From Albugo candida (taxonomy: Eukaryota): DNA of 64,000 nucleotides. The stretch covers positions 1 through 64,000 of the forward strand of contig JBDOQK010000020.1 in assembly GCA_040437565.1 (NCBI GenBank). Direction: 5' to 3'. Every line of letters starts with the position of its first letter. The stretch's first letter is position 1. Made by a program: the position numbers and the translations under genes. The notes under the pieces are model-generated. The model made no database searches and had not been told where the DNA came from. It was given only the letters and a program-made list of their open reading frames with translations. Of this stretch, positions 50,765 to 63,060 are shown piece by piece.

Positions 50765-52580
50765 TCAACCACTGTCGTTGTAGAATGATTCAGATAATAG
50801 TCGGAAGGTGCGAGCTAATGTAGTATGTCGGTGATTATTATGTTCGACCAGCACCATCTCCTTGTGCAAGAAGTTCTTCAACAAACTCATTGGTTCAACT
50901 AAGCCTTTGAGCATCCAGAAATTTGATGCTAAAGCGCGAATATAGTATATGGCGGGTTCAATTCCACCAAGGTAAAGATCCACACCCGGCTTCATCCTCA
51001 TGATGACAGAGTCGCTGCCAAAAGATTTTTCTCTCGTTTGAGCATCGCAAATACGCAAAAATACCACGGGCCGTCTAAAAAAGAATCCGCTGTATCAGTA
51101 GCGCGTTCCGCTTAACCACCGCATTTGAGCATCACGTTTGCTTCCAGTCATCCATCCATGCAAGAGGTGACGCTGTATCTTCGCTCTTCACGATTGGGAC
51201 AAAATGCCCATCATCCTACACGTTTCATAATCGTGTACATAATTGGCGATGTATGATTGGAGCCTACAGCATATTGCGCTTAGGGAACTGACTGCTGGAC
51301 AACATCTTTTGCGTCAGTGGGCGAAAAGTAAATGCCGCTTTCTATTCCAGCAGTCACATTTCGTTCCAATCGATCTTCCGGACTCAGGCTTCGTAAAGAT
51401 CACACATACGCACATGCTTAGTCCGCTTATCAATTGTGGCAAATGGGATCCAACTTTCTCCGAATTCAGATGCAACCGCGATATGCTTCACACCAAAAAG
51501 CTTGTCGACACGTGGGCTAGAGGTCGTCATGTTTGTGTCGTGCATATTAAGAGAGTCCAATTGAAAAAACAGACGTTGCTGGAAATGCGATGTTCTTGAA
51601 TCAGCTTTCACTAACTCAGAATTGATCATGATCCATATAAGCGATCTATCCAGGGTGAACGCATACGCTTGACTGCTTCAAGGTACTTCACCTACTAGTA
51701 ATGCAACATTCTTGAGGTACGATAATTTGACTTCAATTTCGACCGATAACTTTAAAAGATCCTTCTCAAGGCAATCTTCAAATTCGGTGATTTAAAAAAA
51801 CCATTGCTATAGTAAACATATCTTAACAATCGCTCCTGATCGCCAGGAATTTCCTTCTGCGTCAACCCACTTGCACCTAATCTTCGTTTTTCGTGAGTTA
51901 TCAACTCAACGTAGTCAAATTTGGTTGTTGGCGAGTACAGTCTCGTCAATGGGACACCTACTTCACAGCATCTCATTTCCCAGAAACAGCCATTTAGTCC
52001 ACTTGTAACGTGCTTTATCACGATTTGTAATTTCGCAATCCAATCAAAATTCATTCCGAGTGCTTTGGGATTTATTTTTTATTTTTTTTATTATCGTTTT
52101 GTTCATTCGGCTTTTTTGAATAATATAATCCATAGGATTCCCTCAGGGAAATCAATAGCGCTGCCGGGTCGATTTTTCGATCAATTGCAGTATTTTCCGT
52201 ACCTCAAAGCCTTCCATTCGTCCCATGCGCGCGATACAGTCACTGATCGTGTACACAGTGAAAAGTTTAATATAAAGCTTTCATACAATGCGGATTTGGA
52301 ATATGCATAGGATAAAGTGAAGAAAGATTGTGCACCAGATGGATATGGAAACATTGCAAGGCAGTAAAAATTCTTGCTCGTATCCGTATTGCAAGTCGGG
52401 GAGGAGTGCACGCGTTCCACCGTCGATAACTTGCGTGAACGCATTACCGAGGCGTTCGAAGTTGTTGCTGAAAGCTGCTTCCATGTGAACGATGTTTCAG
52501 GGCTCAGTCCCCGCGATTTGCAGTAACTGGGTGTGATTGTATGCAACGCAATGACGTCACCATCGGGTGGAGGAGTGCAT
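50765..52580 (-). pseudogene. Bacterial/organellar-type leucyl-tRNA synthetase pseudogene (LARS2-like) with deletions
   Basis: Collinear LeuRS motifs in broken frames: KNFYCLAMFPYPSG, VYTISDCIARMGRMEGFE, LGMNFDW...RYKWTKWLFL, SPLAWMDDW, GVDLYLGGIEPAI and LLAQG. The HMGH (HIGH) motif expected between the first two is missing. Confidence 0.85.
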
Positions 52581-52626
52581 TAAAACCAGCGTGTGTCAAG
52601 ATGCAAGCAATAGTGCTTCTTTTTTG

Positions 52627-53547
52627 ATGAAACAACCTTGGGCAATGCCAATTTTTGACCAATTGGTATATGATGCTGCAAAAGAGCTTGCAGGTTGTCG
52701 TTGAGTATTCTGTTGCCAGTGTTGTCCCTGTGCGTCGATATTAATAGCATACGATCTTTTGAACCACACGAATATGTCATTAGAACGTGACTTGATCAAG
52801 CACGAACTTGAGCTAGATTGGAAGGCTGTGGTCTCCACCGAACGAAAAGTACGTGCTCATTGAGAAGGCTTGGAAGAATTTTATACGTCGAGTTGATAGA
52901 TAGGATTAGAGAAGCAACAAATTGTGGCTGAATGGATTAGAATTGAAAAAATGCAAGAGGATTACTCTAAGAAACGAAATTTGTACTTTTAGATTTAAGT
53001 TTTATAGAAGTCGTCTCAACGGTATTCTTCAGATTGAATGAGCGTATATCAGAAAAACTGCACTTCCAGGCCCCGGAGGAAATCATGAAATTTAACGTCG
53101 GAGGACAAGTACGTTTGCTTGATTATCGATTGGGTGGACAAGTTAACAATACTGATATTGATGTACATATTGCAGACTTATGAATCGACCGTCAAAGTAT
53201 GGACGCGTGACAGGTTCTCTATTCTAGCTCAACTTTGCACAAAAAAGCACAGAATATCGCCTTCGGATGATCAGACGAGACCAATTTACTTTGATCGAGA
53301 CGCTTGGATATTCGGTTACATCTATGCATTTTTACGAGAAAAAAGCTTACCCGATTCTCTTACTGTTTTGAAGGAACTGTAAGTTGTGCTGAAGCTCATG
53401 CAATTGAAAGTGATTTTTTCGATACTTAGCTATCAAGAAGCAGCTTTTTACCGACTTGGTCTATTGCGGCAGGCAATTTTGGCTAAAATGAAGGAAGAGA
53501 AGAGTTTGGAGATGAAAGGAGACCAATCGAATTATACCTTTCTGTAA
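52627..53547 (+). CDS. BTB/POZ (KCTD/T1-type) domain protein, 6 exons, apparently intact
   Basis: Spliced open frame MKQPWAMPIFDQLVYDAAKELA|AYDLL...ERK|IGLEKQQ...|LNERISEKLHFQAPEEIMKFNVGGQ|TYESTVKVWTRDRFSILAQLC...IYFDRDAWIFGYIYAFLRE...KE|LYQEAAFYRLGLL...*; T1-BTB motifs FNVGGQ, FDRD..F..I..FLR and EAAFY. Confidence 0.85.
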
Positions 53548-56500
53548 TCCAACGCTAAGAGACATGGATGAATTGATGAACGCTTCAATCTAGTAGTAGA
53601 GTGAAAGAATTCATTCACCCAGATAGACAGAGTCGTTTGAATGTGTTTAAAGCGCCAATGTACATCTCGCGAGCTATACATTCAAACACTCTTCCAGCAG
53701 TTCCTCACTGATCCTTTTTTGCCATCCGCCTTCAGTCAGAGCATACATACAGACATACGAGATCGACACTGTTGGAGAAATACATACAATTTCTAGCTGC
53801 CCATCCTTCCTTTTGTCTGCATTCTCCAAGAGCTCTTTTCCAGTAATCATCTTATATGTTACATTGGCCTAATCTGCCTTTAATTTTGCAATCTAGTGCT
53901 AAGCTCCTGGCGAATCTCGCGGTGAGAGTGCCGAATGAGATTCTCAAACATAAATCACTCAATTTGTACCCACCTGAGCCCTAAGGCTTGGTTGACGTTT
54001 TCATCACCACATTCTGGAAATTGAATACCTCGTCTCCGAAATATCGAGATATTATCATGAAAGTTCTACTTATCGGAACTTTTGTATCGTTCTTCCCATC
54101 GTTCAGTCGAAGCAGGGACCTGCTTCAAACCTCAACACCTCTCGTTCGATCAACTAAAACTCCACAATTGATGCAAGAAATGGTACTTTTCCAACACGAG
54201 AGAGTACACGATTGGATCCATTTATCCACAATATATACTAAAAGTCGTAATGCATGTAGTACGCTCTTGGCAACCGCTCCTGCAGCGTCAATTATATATT
54301 CCTAGATAATTGATCACATCTACCAAAAGCTTTACGTCAAATAATGCATCTTTCTGGGAAGCGGAACCACAAATCATCGTTACTATCCAAACAATTAGAG
54401 AGCAGTATAACTCAATTCGGTGCTCATGTACAGTTGATCGTGTAATACTGCGTTCGGAATGTGAGAATGTGCTCCAAAGCATTTCCTTTGGCGACCAATG
54501 GACCCTCAATGAGGCGATCAGCTCCCAGCAAACGAAAATGACAGCTGTTGAGTCTTAATAAATGGAGCCGCCTCGACTCAAAATCAGCGCATTTATTTGC
54601 TCGAGAAATTATTGCACTTTGAGCAATTGTTTCTGTCCATTTGCATTCTCCACTGGAGATTTCGGAGTTCGAATAAATACCGCTGTTTGGCAATGTTCCT
54701 TGTAATTGAACGGGGAAATGTGCTTCTCTCGGGCTTCTTTATGTCATGGAAAATGATATTCCGAACAGTGTTATCGGAAGTGAGACTGAAAGCATGGTAC
54801 TCGGTTGAGTGCCACGTTCTCCTTTTGTCTATTGGAACAAAAAGCCAATACGTATCTCCCACCGGAAGTCATCTTTCATTCCGTCGGTTCATCAAATAGA
54901 GCCATATTTCGCGGTTCAAGCATCATGTGTTGAGATGGTTGGGAGAAAAACCAGTGTCATTGCTAATACCTGGCATGATAGAGTTGGCGGTGAATCCCTT
55001 TATGCTCGTCGCTGACGTAGAAGAGTACAGGAAAGATAGTCGAACCAAAAAGACGACTGCATTCCAAGCGGCGAAATACGGGAACGAGTACTCGACGAAC
55101 TATCTGTACCAGCGACCCGATCTCGTGAATTAGCAACGCAATCAGAAACGCCTTCAGAACGAACTGAATTTTGTCGAGTTTGCCCTTTTCATTCTTTACT
55201 AATTCCCACGTTATGTACGGATTTTGTAATCGTTTCGTGGAATCACTGCCGCTGAAACCAGGTGAAACTTCTTACTGCAACAAAATCAAAGGAATGTTGG
55301 TAAAACTGTTCCTGAAAGTAGTCTATATTCGAGTGCTAATGAAGTATTCACCGAACTAAACGAACGCATCGGTATATGTATTGAGGTACCATTATCGGTC
55401 TCTTGCGATTGCTTTTGCTGCGTAGTGAGATACGTGCCCTGCATTTATCCATACCATCGCTCATGATTGTTTAAGTTGATACAGTGTTCCGTAGCCATGG
55501 AAGTCTCCCATGCCCATTAAAGTCCAGTACCGGAAACTGTCGAAATCCCTCCGTTATCAATACGGAAAGATTCCACCCCAATTTCCTGACAGTATACTTT
55601 AAAACCGAAAGTATCATCGCCAGCATTCCCTTACTTGATGAACTTGACTACTTGGAGGTATCGGTCGATTGACGTAGTCAGACGTTATATCTGATTGATC
55701 GCGATGCATATTAGCCAATACATACCAGAGTGTGTCTCCATCCAGTGATGTCGCATGGTAAGGTATCCACAGTGCATCACAACGTGTGCGATCATCCTTC
55801 GTACTTTGTACTGATCGAATAAGTCGTGGCGTCGCATGAGCCGTTTGAATTACAATATGTCGAACATGCGACGACATCGTTTCCATTGCATGATCTTCAT
55901 CATTATTTTTGTCAGTATTTGATAACGCTTCTTGTAGCTGTACTTAGTTGGGATGGATTCCAGCAAATTCCAAAGCGGTTGATAAACTACAAAGCCAATT
56001 CTTCGGTCCAAAAGAATAACAGAATATCGTGATAGTGACTGTTTCGTGCAATTAGGTCGAAGGATGTATAGACTTTTCTTCCGATAGCAGCCGTTGCTAA
56101 GCTAACGGCTGAGAGGCGTACATTAGCACGTGTATCGACGTAACAATGGCTTATCCCTGCTGTTCACTTGTTTGACCGTGTCATACGGTGCTATCNNNNN
56201 NNNNNNNNNNNNNNNNNNNNNNNNNNNNNNNNNNNNNNNNNNNNNNNNNNNNNNNNNNNNNNNNNNNNNNNNNNNNNNNNNNNNNNNNNNNNNNNGCAGG
56301 CAATTTTGGCTAAAATGAAGGAAGAGAAGAGTTTGGAGATGAAAGGAGACCAATCGAATTATACCTTTCTGTAATCCAACGCTAAGAGACATGGATGAAT
56401 TGATGAACGCTTCAATCTAGTAGTAGAGTGAAAGAATTCATTCACCCAGATAGACAGAGTCGTTTGAATGTGTTTAAAGCGCCAATGTACATCTCGCGAG

Positions 56501-59500
56501 CTATACATTCAAACACTCTTCCAGCAGTTCCTCACTGATCCTTTTTTGCCATCCGCCTTCAGTCAGAGCATACATACAGACATACGAGATCGACACTGTT
56601 GGAGAAATACATACAATTTCTAGCTGCCCATCCTTCCTTTTGTCTGCATTCTCCAAGAGCTCTTTTCCAGTAATCATCTTATATGTTACATTGGCCTAAT
56701 CTGCCTTTAATTTTGCAATCTAGTGCTAAGCTCCTGGCGAATCTCGCGGTGAGAGTGCCGAATGAGATTCTCAAACATAAATCACTCAATTTGTACCCAC
56801 CTGAGCCCTAAGGCTTGGTTGACGTTTTCATCACCACATTCTGGAAATTGAATACCTCGTCTCCGAAATATCGAGATATTATCATGAAAGTTCTACTTAT
56901 CGGAACTTTTGTATCGTTCTTCCCATCGTTCAGTCGAAGCAGGGACCTGCTTCAAACCTCAACACCTCTCGTTCGATCAACTAAAACTCCACAATTGATG
57001 CAAGAAATGGTACTTTTCCAACACGAGAGAGTACACGATTGGATCCATTTATCCACAATATATACTAAAAGTCGTAATGCATGTAGTACGCTCTTGGCAA
57101 CCGCTCCTGCAGCGTCAATTATATATTCCTAGATAATTGATCACATCTACCAAAAGCTTTACGTCAAATAATGCATCTTTCTGGGAAGCGGAACCACAAA
57201 TCATCGTTACTATCCAAACAATTAGAGAGCAGTATAACTCAATTCGGTGCTCATGTACAGTTGATCGTGTAATACTGCGTTCGGAATGTGAGAATGTGCT
57301 CCAAAGCATTTCCTTTGGCGACCAATGGACCCTCAATGAGGCGATCAGCTCCCAGCAAACGAAAATGACAGCTGTTGAGTCTTAATAAATGGAGCCGCCT
57401 CGACTCAAAATCAGCGCATTTATTTGCTCGAGAAATTATTGCACTTTGAGCAATTGTTTCTGTCCATTTGCATTCTCCACTGGAGATTTCGGAGTTCGAA
57501 TAAATACCGCTGTTTGGCAATGTTCCTTGTAATTGAACGGGGAAATGTGCTTCTCTCGGGCTTCTTTATGTCATGGAAAATGATATTCCGAACAGTGTTA
57601 TCGGAAGTGAGACTGAAAGCATGGTACTCGGTTGAGTGCCACGTTCTCCTTTTGTCTATTGGAACAAAAAGCCAATACGTATCTCCCACCGGAAGTCATC
57701 TTTCATTCCGTCGGTTCATCAAATAGAGCCATATTTCGCGGTTCAAGCATCATGTGTTGAGATGGTTGGGAGAAAAACCAGTGTCATTGCTAATACCTGG
57801 CATGATAGAGTTGGCGGTGAATCCCTTTATGCTCGTCGCTGACGTAGAAGAGTACAGGAAAGATAGTCGAACCAAAAAGACGACTGCATTCCAAGCGGCG
57901 AAATACGGGAACGAGTACTCGACGAACTATCTGTACCAGCGACCCGATCTCGTGAATTAGCAACGCAATCAGAAACGCCTTCAGAACGAACTGAATTTTG
58001 TCGAGTTTGCCCTTTTCATTCTTTACTAATTCCCACGTTATGTACGGATTTTGTAATCGTTTCGTGGAATCACTGCCGCTGAAACCAGGTGAAACTTCTT
58101 ACTGCAACAAAATCAAAGGAATGTTGGTAAAACTGTTCCTGAAAGTAGTCTATATTCGAGTGCTAATGAAGTATTCACCGAACTAAACGAACGCATCGGT
58201 ATATGTATTGAGGTACCATTATCGGTCTCTTGCGATTGCTTTTGCTGCGTAGTGAGATACGTGCCCTGCATTTATCCATACCATCGCTCATGATTGTTTA
58301 AGTTGATACAGTGTTCCGTAGCCATGGAAGTCTCCCATGCCCATTAAAGTCCAGTACCGGAAACTGTCGAAATCCCTCCGTTATCAATACGGAAAGATTC
58401 CACCCCAATTTCCTGACAGTATACTTTAAAACCGAAAGTATCATCGCCAGCATTCCCTTACTTGATGAACTTGACTACTTGGAGGTATCGGTCGATTGAC
58501 GTAGTCAGACGTTATATCTGATTGATCGCGATGCATATTAGCCAATACATACCAGAGTGTGTCTCCATCCAGTGATGTCGCATGGTAAGGTATCCACAGT
58601 GCATCACAACGTGTGCGATCATCCTTCGTACTTTGTACTGATCGAATAAGTCGTGGCGTCGCATGAGCCGTTTGAATTACAATATGTCGAACATGCGACG
58701 ACATCGTTTCCATTGCATGATCTTCATCATTATTTTTGTCAGTATTTGATAACGCTTCTTGTAGCTGTACTTAGTTGGGATGGATTCCAGCAAATTCCAA
58801 AGCGGTTGATAAACTACAAAGCCAATTCTTCGGTCCAAAAGAATAACAGAATATCGTGATAGTGACTGTTTCGTGCAATTAGGTCGAAGGATGTATAGAC
58901 TTTTCTTCCGATAGCAGCCGTTGCTAAGCTAACGGCTGAGAGGCGTACATTAGCACGTGTATCGACGTAACAATGGCTTATCCCTGCTGTTCACTTGTTT
59001 GACCGTGTCATACGGTGCTATCGGCCTATTTTCCTCTAAAGTTGGTTCACTACCATATCTGAGCATTCTCTGAATGGGTACCTTGACTTCCGAAATAGTA
59101 CCTGGACCAACAAGCCCGTGTGATGTCTGCGCACGAGCAGCGTCGACATTAACAGCGCCCGTATCGTATTTCACGATTCCCGATTAGAGATTCGCGCAAT
59201 GACCCACGATAGCGTCAGCTCAAAAAGGCGTGTATTACTTCATATTTTGTACGAAATATTTAGACACAAGAAAAGCTCCTGGATGTCCAGATTGCCACAG
59301 CGTTCAAGTACTCTGAGAGCTCGAGCAGAAGTGCATTGATACCAAGAAGTTGCAAAGCGTTGTCAGGTTTGTTCTCATGATAAACTCTATGTAGACTTGA
59401 ATGCAAACCAACACCATACAAAATGAGCGAAAACATTTGCATCGCTTACTTTCCAAAGTAATGGGAAAAGGTTTGTTCCCATAGAAGTTGCGAGGAAATA

Positions 59501-60638
59501 TGAGCGCGCACATTCAGCTAAAGCGGTGCAATCGCATCGTACGTGTCATAGAATCTGTTTTTCTCCAATATATCTGGATGAATCTCCGTTTATACCAACT
59601 CAGTGTCAGCAGTACAGCCTGCACACCTTCATCTTCATCGGCCATGACCGGTGATCCGACTTCTTTTAAGCCAGCTTCTTCAATCTTGATAAATTTTCCC
59701 TCTAACGGTGAATGGCAGCTCGGCCTCAATGTGTGACCGCTGCTTGTACTAGCAGATGAAAAGATCATGATCAGAGATACTTGCAAAAACGAACGCATGA
59801 CAAGCGCCTCCGACATCGTACTTAAATGAGTGCGATCAGTTGATATGATTATATAGTTCCTTACTAATTTCAAAAAACCAAAACCATCAATTTAGAGCTT
59901 TCTTTACGTTTGGTACTAGGAGCTAGTACAGGCGCTGTATCGCGATTTGACACCGATAATACAATGAGACGATTGAATCATATTCTTCAGAGTAAAGGTC
60001 GCCTGAGCACTTGATGGTAAAAAAAAATTGACTCATCAAGTTCCTTAGTTCGCCAACTCTGTTGCTACTCTCTTAGCCTTCTGCTACTGGATTTTCTACT
60101 TAATCCTGAGTTACCTTGTCCAAACAGCGATTGCCACGTCAATGCCCATCTCGAAACCACTCTTGAGGCTGGCAAGTTTAGCAGTCATCAAGTGATGACT
60201 GCTTTAACCGGTACCTACCGGTATGTGTCAGGCGCTACTTCGACAACATTCTTCATCTTGAGAATATCTTCGTCCTTTTCGCTTCTCATTCGTTCAAGCA
60301 AAGGCTAAACATAAACGTGGTTGATGACGTGGGTAAAGCGAGGGGACTAGGGTCGTGATGTTTGAAGTACGTCCCATTTCCGCCGATGCTTTCCAACGCA
60401 TTTTCTGATTCTAAGGCTTTAGATGCTTTTGGCTCATGATAGCTTACATCGGGCTTCATCACGATTCGATATCTTTTTGTATTGGTGCGAGCCTAAGTAC
60501 GCGGACGGACCTAAAGGGAAAAAAGCTGGACATTGTACTGTACAGTACACGATGAAGGACTTAAAGCCGTTTATTATTTGTGCACCTTTGATTCGCCATT
60601 ATAGGCGATCTGCTTACGCAATACAATGATTTTCTGTT

Positions 60639-61663
60639 GGGTATTGATACCCCGACAACTTTTTTTTTTTTTCTAATTTAAAATTTACATTTTTATTTTT
60701 CATTTTAAATTACATCATGCCTACTTGGATTATTACTCCCACAACTTTTTTGTAACTATAAATATTTGGGTATAGATATCCCGGCAACTTTTTTTTAAAT
60801 TACATTTATTCTTAATTTAGATTACGTCATGCCCACTTCAATTATTGGGAATTGATATCCCGACAACCTTTCTTGATATCCCGACAACTTTTTTTTAATT
60901 ACACATCACGCCTACTTTGATTATTACTCCTACAACTTTTTTGGGACAATAATCAACGGTATTGATATCCGGACAACTCTTTTTTTAAATTACATTTTAG
61001 ATTACATTTTTTCTAATTCAGATTACGTCATGCCTACTTTAATTATTACTCCCACAACTTATTTTGAAAATAAAGAAGTTTGAAATTATAGCTAGTAGAA
61101 GTCATTTACGTCTAAGGCTAAATCTAGTAGATACAGTACCTTCAACTGAGCTAAACACTCCTCAGTAATAGACAATTCACTGCCAGTTTGTTGAGCTATA
61201 ATGCGTCATATAGATGCAAAAGTTATTATACACTAATGGCCGAAAATAAAATGTGTTAAGAAAAAATAGTGTGAAAGAAAACTATCTAATTTTTTACTTA
61301 AGCTTGTCCTGAATCTAACCTTGCAACCGGAATTCTGCAAGACCGCTTGTTATGGCCGATTTTCCGCAATTGCTGCACCTGCATTACCCTGTGTCCGATG
61401 CTCGAACGTTACGAGTCAGATAGAAATTGTCAAATATAATAGCCTATCACAGTTGAAATGCTCAGTGTATTAGTCAATCACAAATAGTTCTCGATTGAAG
61501 TTGTTGGAGCAACAATTTAGGGTGTGTATGGATGTAATTCGTTAGCAATGTAGAATCATGTATGTAGTTTTCAGAAAAGAAGTTGTGAAAGTGATAATTT
61601 AACTAGGCATGCAAAAAAAAAGTTGTCGGGATATAAAAAACAGTTGTCGGGACATCAATACCC
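60639..61663. mobile_element. Non-autonomous Mutator-like element (1,025 bp) with TIRs and 9-bp TSD
   Basis: Left end GGGTATTGATACCCCGACAAC and right end GTTGTCGGGACATCAATACCC are inverted. Identical TTTTCTGTT lies at 60630-60638 and 61664-61672. The interior is AT-rich and non-coding, with tandem subterminal copies of the end unit. Confidence 0.9.
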
Positions 61664-62588
61664 TTTTCTGTTGCCTTCAGTTTATTAGCTAGAATTATGT
61701 GACCAATTCGGTACTTTCTTTACTAGAATAACTTATGGGAATTGCTATTTCCACCCACCACATGACTTTTTGACCAATCATCAGACTACGGCGTTATTTC
61801 CAATCAACTTTTACTATTTCCACCCACCGCGTGACTTTCTGACCAATCAATTTACGGCGATATTTCCACCCCACTGTTCCAAGATATGGCTGCAGTTTCA
61901 CAGTCCTACATGCCGATTGTAGGTATTAGAACTCATAGTTGCACACCTTTCTATGATCCCACTTCTAGATCAGCCAACTTTCTCATGCTTTTCGTTGTAC
62001 CGCGTCGTTCGCCAACAGTGGAGTACGCATTCACGGATCGCCATCATCTGTCGTCTAAATACTACATCTTGCGAGAAAGATTTGGAAGTTGAAAGTACGT
62101 TTAGTCTGGTCTGAGAAATGGATTGATAACGATGGCGATATTTTGCGGTATTCCTTTTAACACGAGCACAGATTAAAATAAGTTGTCAGTACATTCGTAA
62201 CTTGATTAGGCAGGTTCTCAAGCGCACAGACGCCCTGCGGTTGTACTGCTATGTGATGGGCTATCGTCTCTAGATGTTGCACGTAGCTGTTCTTAGTGAA
62301 TTTGGCATCTTTATGCCGCTATACCGTTTGTGTGCATCGCCCGAATTCCGAAGTGCCCTGTGGTGTAATCGAGTGCACGTTTGCGTAAGCTTTCTACCAG
62401 CAGAATTCTTTGTACTGAAAAGGTACTATACATTATCTCTTACGGATGCGACACGGATAGCCGATTTTTAGTACTCTTGGAATAATGCCGTCCATGGCAG
62501 CTTATATACATCTAGGGGAGGTTTACCAATCAATACCTTTGAAAGAAGCGCCCCTATCAAAAAAAGGTGGGTGGAATTAAAGGGAGTC

Positions 62589-63035
62589 TTTAGCATTCAC
62601 TCTCACTCTTGATAGTATTCACTCAGCCCCTGATTCATTGGCCAGAATTCACTCAAATTGACTATAGACCGAAATCAATATTCACTCACTTGTCACAGCT
62701 ACTACCACTCAACTCACTACCCCAATTCACTCAACTAACTACGATTCAATTCACTCGCAAAATTTTTACGTCCTATATAAAAGCTACTTTTGGTAATATA
62801 CATAATAAAGAAATTCTATGGTGTATGTGCTGGGTGTATAAGGATAATAAGTTGAGTTCAATTTATAGTGTGTTTGTNNNNNNNNNNNNNNNNNNNNNNN
62901 NNNNNNNNNNNNNNNNNNNNNNNNNNNNNNNNNNNNNNNNNNNNNNNNNNNNNNNNNNNNNNNNNNNNNNNNNNNNNTGATGAATTGGGGGGGGGGGGTG
63001 AGTGAATACTATGAAAAGGGTGAGTGAATACTAAA
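62589..63035. mobile_element. MITE-like element with ~40-bp imperfect TIRs (spans an N-gap)
   Basis: TTTAGCATTCACTCTCACTCTTGATAGTATTCACTCAGCCCC versus the reverse complement of GGGGTGAGTGAATACTATGAAAAGGGTGAGTGAATACTAAA; internal ATTCACTC repeats. No clear TSD. Confidence 0.65.
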
Positions 63036-63060
63036 ATAAAATTAAATTACGCAATCGTTG

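Noticed and set aside
53469-59022. Apparent 2.7-kb tandem duplication (offset 2,827)
   Set aside because: The copies look identical and abut a 100-N gap exactly; this is an unmerged contig overlap, not biology, unless long reads say otherwise.
60639-61065. Regularly spaced repeats resembling a CRISPR array
   Set aside because: Eukaryotic context, the 'spacers' are themselves homologous, there are no cas genes, and the repeats are explained as MULE subterminal repeats.
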